A stretch of DNA of 55,961 bases from Macrostomum lignano. Its lineage: Eukaryota. Under the pieces are notes generated by a model that worked only from the letters and a program-made list of their open reading frames with translations, was not told where the DNA came from and did no database searches. Positions 47,885 to 55,961 of this stretch are shown in pieces (the stretch's first letter is position 1; each line of letters opens with the position of its first letter). The position numbers and the translations under genes are program-made. The stretch lies in assembly GCA_002269645.1 (NCBI GenBank), contig NIVC01004190.1, positions 1 through 55,961 on the forward strand. Reading direction: 5' to 3'.

Positions 47885-50231
47885 GCTCAGCTTCGCATTA
47901 AAAAAGGCCAGACATATGATGAAGAAAGGCTGCGGAAGCCACTCTGGACGATGGAGGAAGCCGCACAATGCGAGCCTGCCGAGCCACGCTTGACTGACCA
48001 ACTGAGAGGAATCTGCTTTAGTCTGCTTCGGTGTAACTCACTTGTCCCCCCGTCCCTAGAATTCTGACGCTGATGTCGCTTGCAATCATTTTTGCTGCCA
48101 TTGGAATTCGAGCTCGTGTTGATTTATTTCCATTTCCCTTTGCTTGTTAGAGTCTAGGCCGCCTGCTCCCTGCTTACAGACCAGTGTAGCTGTGTCTTCA
48201 AGCCTGATCTCGCCTGCGATTCTAAAATAGAATTTTGCTTTGCTTGCCTTGTCATGTTTTCAGAAAAAAACATTTTCTTCAGCTTTTTAACTCGTTTTGA
48301 TCCCCAACAACGCTATTTAAATTTTTATTCAACCCATTCCTGAAATCTGCATCTCTGCACAATGTTCTGTAGTCAGGGGCCCTGGTGTAGGTAGTTCAAC
48401 TAGAATTGAAAGAAAACAGTAAAAATACAAAAAACTCGCAATCGCAACATTCTTGGCTTTTGCCAGAAACACCGGCTTGAGTAGCTTGCAGTTGAGTACA
48501 ACTCAAAGAAAAAGAAAAAAATCACTGACTTGCTGCTTTTTGCCTTCGTTTAATCTACGGAGAAAGCTTTTCTAAACTCTCGCAAGCAATATTCAAATTG
48601 CTACATTCAATCAGGGATGGCTGCATCCCTGCCGAGGCCAAGTATAACTGATCATGGTTAGCTCTAGCAATTAGTGAATTTTATGGTACGAAAATTCTCC
48701 GCATGACAACTGCCTTGATTCTGCATAGAAATCGGGATTTTCACGGATGCGGAAGATTACTTGAATAGAATTCCCATTGATGGCATTGACTATCAGCTTT
48801 TATTGTTGCAAACCAGCCGCTTGACTGATTCATTTCCATGCAGAGATGGAATAATTAGTTCTAGTCTCAGTCAGCCTGGCAGCTGAAAAAAACATATTTT
48901 GAGCGTCATATTACTTTTTAGATGAAAGATGTCGTACACAGTACTGATCAAGTAGACTGTTTGAGGTGGTAAAGCAGAAACAAGTAACAAACTATTTTTT
49001 CGCTTCTACAATGCAATGCCTCTTGTTATTACGCATTTTTCTTAGATCTTTGATGCACACTTGTGTAAATTTCTACATGAAATCTGCAGGTTAGGCCGCG
49101 TGTCCAACCTTCTCTCTTTTTTACTATCGTGCGCACTTCGTCATCCTGCGGCCCCGGGTCAGCAGATTGTAGTGCTCACGCGAGCCCAATTTATATGTAC
49201 ATCGGCCTTGCGTACAATTCATGCACTTCAAGTGCGGCGATTCTTCACCCCCACTCTGGTGGCGTGATTTTATTCCATAGTCTGAAAATAAATAAGCATC
49301 GATCAGCCCACCTAGCAGGGCTCCACCTTTCGTCTCAGCAAACTCCGGCCTTCTTACTATAGCCATTACACAGATCAGTGAGAGCACTGCAGAAAGGGTT
49401 ATTACCTACAGAAATAGTCAACTGAGTCAAGTAACATGCTGATGACCAGTTTCTGACGACTTTCTCAACTACCAGCATCTGAACGCGTCAGTAGTACGTT
49501 AATTTTAAGCTTACGAGTTGAATTTATTGTGAAATTCAATTGGCCCCTTCAAAGCACGAGCTCGCCATGAGCAAATATATGCTCAACGGCACGCATTCAG
49601 TGATAGTTACCATACGTCTCAAGCGAATTTTCTTTACTCTTACACGAGATGCTCCCGTACTTGCAACCCCAGTTTCTTAGAATTAATTGCAAGTGCTACA
49701 TCGGGATTTCTTAGTGACTGATTATCCTGAACTATGAAAGATATGAGCGCACTGAATATGACAAGATGCATAGATCTCTGCCAAAAGGCAAGCTGGCTTA
49801 TGCATGGATAGCCATTATTTTTTTGCATTTCTGGCTGCACAGGCTTTTTTGGCCTCGTCCCGGATCTTATTAAGGCTTTTGTGAAGTGAATCTTTGAATT
49901 CTATCGTGATTTTAATCAATTGCTCTAACTATTCCTACACTGTTCGGTGCATTGAGCACTTGCTGTGCCGATGACATTCTTCATTTTTGTCGAAAGTAAA
50001 ACATTCAAAAGGGTGCCATGGACGAACGCAAAAGCAAAACACTCTTGCTTGGAGAGTGGGCGTTAAGGTTTTATTTTTAGTTCTTGGGAAACCGCAGAAA
50101 TTACATTGACGCATTCTTTTTACTTGCTTGCCAGCATTCTGTCGCGGAGTCACTTACTGACACAAAGTTTAAAACAAGCAGAGCTTTGATCATCCGTTAG
50201 AATAACCAACTTAGCAGCTTGATTTTCATGC

Positions 50232-51166
50232 CTACTCGTCTCCAGCCCTTTTGCCGAAACCGCTGGACCAGCGCTGACCAGCTCGTTTACCGAAGCCGTT
50301 CGACCAGCGCTGACCAGCTCGCTTACCGAAGCCGCTGGACCAACGTTGACCAGCTCGCTTACCGAAACCGCTCGACCAGCGCTGACCAGCTCGTTTACCG
50401 AAGCCGTTCGACCAGCGCTGACCAGCTCGCTTACCGAAGCCGCTGGACCAACGTTGACCAGCTCGCTTACCGAAACCGCTCGACCAGCGCTGACCAGCTC
50501 GTTTACCGAAGCCGTTCGACCAGCGCTGACCAGCTCGCTTACCGAAGCCGCTGGACCAACGTTGACCAGCTCGCTTACCGAAACCGCTCGACCAGCGCTG
50601 ACCAGCTCGCTTACCGAAGCCGCTGGACCAACGTTGACCAGCTCGCTTACCGAAACCGCTCGACCAGCGCTGACCAGCTCGTTTACCGAAGCCGTTCGAC
50701 CAGCGCTGACCAGCTCGCTTACCGAAGCCGCTGGACCAACGTTGACCAGCTCGCTTACCGAAACCGCTCGACCAGCGCTGACCAGCTCGCTTACCGAAGC
50801 CGCTGGACCAACGTTGATCCGGTCGCTTACCGAAGCCGCTGGACCAACGTTGACCAGCTCGCTTACCGAAGCCGTTCGACCAGCGCTGACCAGCTCGCTT
50901 ACCGAAGCCGCTGGACCAACGTTGACCAGCTCGCTTACCGAAGCCGCTGGACCAGCGCTGACCAGCTCGCTTACCGAAGCCGCTCGACCAACGTTGATCC
51001 GGTCGCTTACCGAAGCCGCTCGACCAGCGCTGACCAGCTCGCTTACCGAAGCCACTCGACCAGCGCTGTCCGTCTCGCTTTTTTAAACCCTCGTGCTGAG
51101 GCTGTTCGTTCGAGAGTTCGCGAGCAAGATGCGCGACTTCATCGTCCTGTTCAGCTTCGTTTAGTT
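50232..51166 (-). CDS. Multi-copy amidated neuropeptide precursor, exon 2: 23 copies of xxQRWS(S/N)GF-G-KR
   Basis: Acidic spacer, KKR, then 23 x 12-aa units each ending in Gly-Lys-Arg; acceptor GTTGCAG at 51169-51167. Confidence 0.95.
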
Positions 51167-51242
51167 CTGCAACAACCAATGCTGAGTCGGCTTATTTCGA
51201 GTGCTCAAGATTATTCTTGATGTGCAAGTCTCAGCAACTTAC

Positions 51243-51312
51243 CGTTTGTCTGGGCAGATACGACCACAGCGAATATTACAGCCAGACACACCAGCCGCCA
51301 AATGTATTGCAT
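51243..51312 (-). CDS. Neuropeptide precursor exon 1 (signal peptide MQYIWRLVCLAVIFAVVVSAQTN)
   Basis: ATG at 51312; donor G|GTAAGT; 76-bp intron joins exon 2 in frame; total ~334 aa. Confidence 0.9.
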
Positions 51313-51751
51313 ATTCAGTTCAATGCCTGTAGGGCTTTGCTGGAAACCAGACTACGTCTTTTTGATGCTAGGCCTGCTGTAACTTTGTTCCACCGTCCTA
51401 ACTAAAACAAGATTAGGCGGCTGAGGAAGAGAAAGATTCGCCTCTTCTTATACACGCGCGCCAAATCGAAGTGCTTCTCGGATTGGCTTAAAACAGGGCG
51501 CTTGTAGCAAGCAGGAAGTGTTTTGGCAGATTGAAGGGCCATTGTTTTGAAAAATCTACAGTGGCTATAGCTTGTGAAACGCCGGCGAAACAGACAGCTC
51601 AAAGAGTTTGTGAATAATGTCAACAAAACAGTCAGATTTTTGCCTAGAGACGAGTTTTAGGTTCATAGCTAATGAAGTATGCAGTCCGTCAATGCCGAGT
51701 AGGGGCTGATGAAAGGTAGATCATATCCATATCGGTGTATCCAATGTGTAA

Positions 51752-51760
51752 TCTTTTTAT
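51752..51760 (-). promoter_or_regulatory. Possible TATA box (TATAAAAAG) upstream of the neuropeptide gene
   Basis: Motif match ~440 bp upstream of the ATG; a possible 5'-UTR acceptor CCCTACAG lies just before the ATG. Confidence 0.3.
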
Positions 51761-52948
51761 AACCATTTTTTATCGCAAGCTCCTAAATAGGACTTTGTGA
51801 CCAGCAGCCGTTGCATTTATGGCATCCAGGTATAAAGCCCGAGCATCCTAGCATAACTTCGCTAGCTTGGAAAATTTTATATGAACTATGTGGGCTAGAC
51901 TAATAGAGTAGACTATGAGGCAATTTCGGCTGAATTGCATTATTAGCGTAATTAACCCCCAGTTTTAAGACTATCAGTCTACTAGCTAGACTGGCAGGCA
52001 TGGTCTGGCAAAATTTCCAAATGCGACCGAATTGTATCAATTTGGAAAATAGTCGCTCATCAGACCCGAGTTCTCAGCATGAATAGCAGTGCAGCTGGAT
52101 AAGGCAGGTGAGTTCCTGCTGTCATTCTTGATGCTCATTGAACTGGCAAGCAGAAGTGGGGAACTGCGCTGGTTGAATAGAAAAAATAGTTAACTGCAAG
52201 GGAGCTCAAGCTCAAGCCCGAAGCCTGCGCTGGTTAATGCGGATGCGGACTTCCCGACGGCGTCAACTTTCATTACTAAAAAAATTGCTGCCTGAGCTCG
52301 GGCTCCGGCCGGTCTGCCTGCCTACGCTACTTGTATGCAGATGACAAAGGCTGTTGAATAAAAGAAGAATGTCAAAAGGAGTTCGTCAGACATCTTTCGC
52401 AAGGCCAGCAGCTTGATCTGTTGGGTTGGGGCGCCGACTGAAATAGACGCGTCAGTCCCAATTCCGCTTGCCCGGATGGCATGAATTCAGTGTAGTGCTC
52501 AGTGGGAATCACGCAGGGCCTGTCACTAGGCTGAACATCACCCGCCTCTCTCACTGATTCTGCTCCCTGTCTAAGCGCCAAAGTTTATTTGCAATCACTT
52601 GCATCAATAGCTTTCATAGGCGATTGTCTTTCCATTTATGGCTGCCTTTTTTGTCAGCTCTCGCTGCCTCCGTTTTGGAGATTCTCGACGGTTGCTTAAA
52701 TTTCACATGGATGGAAAAGAAGCAACACGAATGCTTATAATGAAAACGCATCATGTAGTTATCAAGTTTTTGGTCGACTTCAACCACAAATTGACTGCAG
52801 CTCACAAAGATGCAACCATTCTATGGTCAAACTTTTTGAGTCTGTTCTTTTTCTAGAGCTATTAGATTTGAACCTAGAGCTTACAACATGCATCGAAAAA
52901 TTCACTGTTCCTGATTTAGGCTTGAAAGTTTAAAAAACTCCGTCACGT

Positions 52949-54041
52949 ATGAACGGTGAAAAAAGCTTACAAATGTCTCGCCGCTTCAGAGCCGAGCAAA
53001 TCACCCTAATAAACGATCTGTGCAAGCGCCTGGGCTTCGACATCAACAGCGATATTTTTGAAACTGACAGCGGCTTGCTGCAGCTTCTGCCTCTCATTCA
53101 AGCCCGACTCAATGAGCTTCAGGAGGAGGACACTTACCGCGATGTCGAAGAAATCACTACAGACAGTTGCCCAGTGCTGCATCCCAACCAGCTGCTTCAT
53201 ACAAATGCTTACAAACCATCAGCATCGAACCCGTCTTCGGATGTTAGTGCCGCCGTACACTCAATAATGAGAGCTATGGTTTTATCACAACTCCGACGCG
53301 CATTATCCGCCGTGGTGCTTGAATCATCCTCCGCATCTTCATCTTGCTTAATGCGCCGGGACATGAGCAGCACTGTCAGGGCCAACAGTCCTCAACCATT
53401 ATCGAGAAATCGCTGAGTCCCCTGATCACTGAGATCAGAAGTGACACGCTACTTAACGAGGTTGTTACGTCGGTTGTTCGAGCCGCCTCAGAGACGGTGC
53501 AAGATGCGGAATCAAATTTAAGCAGCAACGCGCACAGCAAACTGGACTATTCTGCATCCTGTTCCAGCGTTAAGACATCCAAAGTAAGAACCCAATGCTT
53601 CAATTTTTGTTCTGCTTCGAGTATAATGATTTGAACTGTTATTTTTCATCCCTACCCTAGCAAAAGAAGCATGAGAAATCGCAAACCTCAAGAACATCAA
53701 CGGCATCCTCCAGGTCGAGTACGAGTACCAGCAGTTTCAGCGGCTTCCCCTGTTTCCCCAGTCCACATTCGCGCGATGACAATCGAGGAACAGGAAGCTT
53801 AAAAGAGCAGAGCATAGTCGGAAGTACCACCAACTGCAGTCAGCGCTCGCGATCGAAGCGGCTGGATGCAGCTGACAAACGACGGGATGCGATGAGACAC
53901 GGCGTCAGAGTAGAAGAGGTCGCCGCCCGACTGTGGGAAGCGACTAGCGGACTTTCCTGCAGTCGCATTCAGTCAAGCAACTCCTCCGTATCAGATGCGC
54001 CTCGCTCCGAGACATTATGTCCAACTCAAACATGGAGGTAG
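52949..54041 (+). CDS. Unassigned spliced gene (Ser-rich, possibly coiled-coil)
   Basis: ORF 52949-53416 shifts frame into 53344-53583; donor AAA|GTAAGA; 77-bp intron; CCCTAG| then a 126-codon open frame to TAG 54041. No family recognised. Confidence 0.55.
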
Positions 54042-54638
54042 ATTCGTTCATGAGGTGGCCGAATTATTAATTTTGCTACAGTACTATACTACCCCACTAC
54101 AGTCTATTAGTGTAATGATTCGTTCAGATAATGTCTTTCTGTAGGACTTCAGACAGATAACTGCTAGGTGCAGAAGTACATGTCTCGAGTAAATGTTACA
54201 TCTGAATGAGCTAGCCAATTGATCTGCCTTTACTCAGCCAGCCTCGTATAAAATTTAATCACTTTGCATCTGGGTCGTATTTGATTAAACTTGAGACCAT
54301 CTCATTTTCGAATAAAAAATCAGGTTGAATTGAAAATGGCTGCTCTCTCAGCGGACACATAGGAACAATTTTTGCCAGGAGGGCAAAGAGTCCCGCTGAG
54401 CGTAATATTTTAGCGTTGATTTAGCGCAGAAGGTGAGGTTTTTTAGGAACGCAAGCCTTTTTCGCTAGGAGCAGCTGACTTCCTCGACCTCTCCTGTATG
54501 GCTCCCCATTGCAGTTCTAATCTCAAACGCCAAGAGCAGTGGTCCCCATCTCCATTGCACCCTCAAACCCCATCGCATGATCAAAATTGCATTCGTTTAT
54601 GCATGCCGGTCAGTTAAAGAAATTCCCGAATCGCGCAG

Positions 54639-55010
54639 GCACGGTGGGGAGGTCGCACGCTGCTCGAACGCAGGCGAGCGTTCTGCTGGCCGATCGTGGA
54701 CCACTATCGACACCCGTACCACAGCACAAACGCTGTTGCCCGCGACAACTGGCAGTTCGTCAACCTGCGCAACCCGCTGTGCCCGGCCGACGCCCAGCTC
54801 AACCGAACCCGGCGGGCTGACATTCTCGAGCATTGTCTGCAGCAGCGCCAGCTGGACGCAAAGAACCCGGAGCTGGACCGGGGTGCATTCAGTCCGTTCG
54901 AGCTCTACAACGGTGTAACTCATCCGCTGGGCCCGTCGGTAGCGCCCTGTAGGCCACATTTGTTGGCCAGTGAGCAATTCGCTGCTCCAACTGATCGGAA
55001 ATGGCTTTGA
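54639..55010 (+). CDS. Unassigned coding exon candidate
   Basis: GC-rich open frame after CGCGCAG: ARWGGRTLLERRRAFCWPIVDHYRHPYHSTN...RKWL*; no family recognised. Confidence 0.45.
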   Translation, partial: ARWGGRTLLERRRAFCWPIVDHYRHPYHSTNAVARDNWQFVNLRNPLCPADAQLNRTRRADILEHCLQQRQLDAKNPELDRGAFSPFELYNGVTHPLGPSVAPCRPHLLASEQFAAPTDRKWL

Positions 55011-55961
55011 AAGAGCCGATAAAAAGAAAAGTACATGTAGCTACAGGTACTCCATGTACCTTTCGATTGTACATGTAGCTATTGAGTACCGAGTCTCAAG
55101 TTGTTGTTTGCAGGATTAAAGGCAAGAAGATTGAGCTAGACTTTTCTCAAAGCTAAAGAACTGCATGTACATCAGTGTACATGCACGCAATGTGAATGTG
55201 CGCTGCCTGATCACTGTCCCAACTGGGTCTTGTTGGGATAATTAGTTCCAGTATTTCTACTCTGAGTTACCTCTGTATTTTAGTATATGAATGTATACAT
55301 ATTACGCTTAATAAGTTAATAATAGAACGAATATATTTCAGTTGCTTCTCGCGATATTTAACGAGTAAGTTTTTTATCACGCCGCCTCGTTTGCTCGTTT
55401 AGCAGATGGAAGGTCTTGCGCTCGCATTGGCTTCTAACCTCAGTATTATATTGCTTTTGGGTGCATTGAGTCGGGTAGATTTGTCAAATGGGCAACGTGT
55501 ATCCATAAAGTATAATTTAAAGCACAAATAATTTAGTTTGTGCTATCTTTCAGCTGCTGTATTATTGAAATAAATCTGTGAGTCCAAGTGCGTAAGCCTC
55601 GGTCACATTAGTTTCGGATTTGTGCACTAAAATGTCCATATAGATTAATAAAATAAAGTCCCAGCATCTCTACCCTACCCTAATTGCAAAGCCTCTCTAA
55701 TCTACACAAGCTGAAAGAAATCTGCAGACTTCACGTTTACCACGTTTACTCAAATTAGACAATCAATAGAAATATAGAAATTAAGCCCAATAATCCCAAT
55801 TAAAAATCATTAATGAGATGAGATGGATTGCTGAGATGATAAGGCGTATGTTGGAAATTGCTGAGAGATGTTAAGGCTGAGGTAAGATTCTAATGTAGTT
55901 TATTTAAAAATTTGTGTTCAATTTTTTGTTTGGCTCCCTAACGGAGGGCGCTGATTGCTAA

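Noticed and set aside
50150-51220. Overlapping 301-, 333- and 246-aa ORFs on the neuropeptide array
   Set aside because: Alternative-frame products of a stop-free 36-bp repeat; only the G-KR frame has a spliced signal peptide.

Overview
Eukaryotic (animal) genomic DNA. The dense intronic minisatellites, ~76-100 bp introns and gene content suggest a free-living flatworm such as Macrostomum (inference, not verified). Genes supported: (1) the last four exons of a Cys-loop anion channel (GlyR/GluCl-like, +, 915-4809) with several apparent 1-bp deletions; (2) a complete five-exon capicua (cic) long-form gene (-, 19622-11802, ~973 aa); (3) a large secreted MACPF protein with Cys-rich repeats (-, 29942-25085), interrupted by one in-frame TAA; (4) a two-exon NPY/NPF-like precursor ending ...GDLRY-G-stop (+, 36879-37528); (5) an intronless rhodopsin-type peptide GPCR (+, 46532-47884); (6) a two-exon neuropeptide precursor with 23 xxQRWS(S/N)GF-amide copies (-, 51312-50232); plus two unassigned coding candidates near the right end. 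Mobile DNA: a Ty1/copia relic, an internally deleted Tc1/mariner element, two RTE-type LINE 3' fragments, SINE-like fragments and a Penelope-type minimal hammerhead ribozyme. Best leads: the neuropeptide-GPCR-neuropeptide cluster, the cryptic NPY-like gene, the stop-split MACPF gene, inverted minisatellite arrays bracketing cic exon 2, the hammerhead ribozyme, and a ~2.9 kb CpG-depleted block upstream of cic. Many long ORFs in the supplied track are minisatellite artefacts. All coordinates and counts were read by hand.
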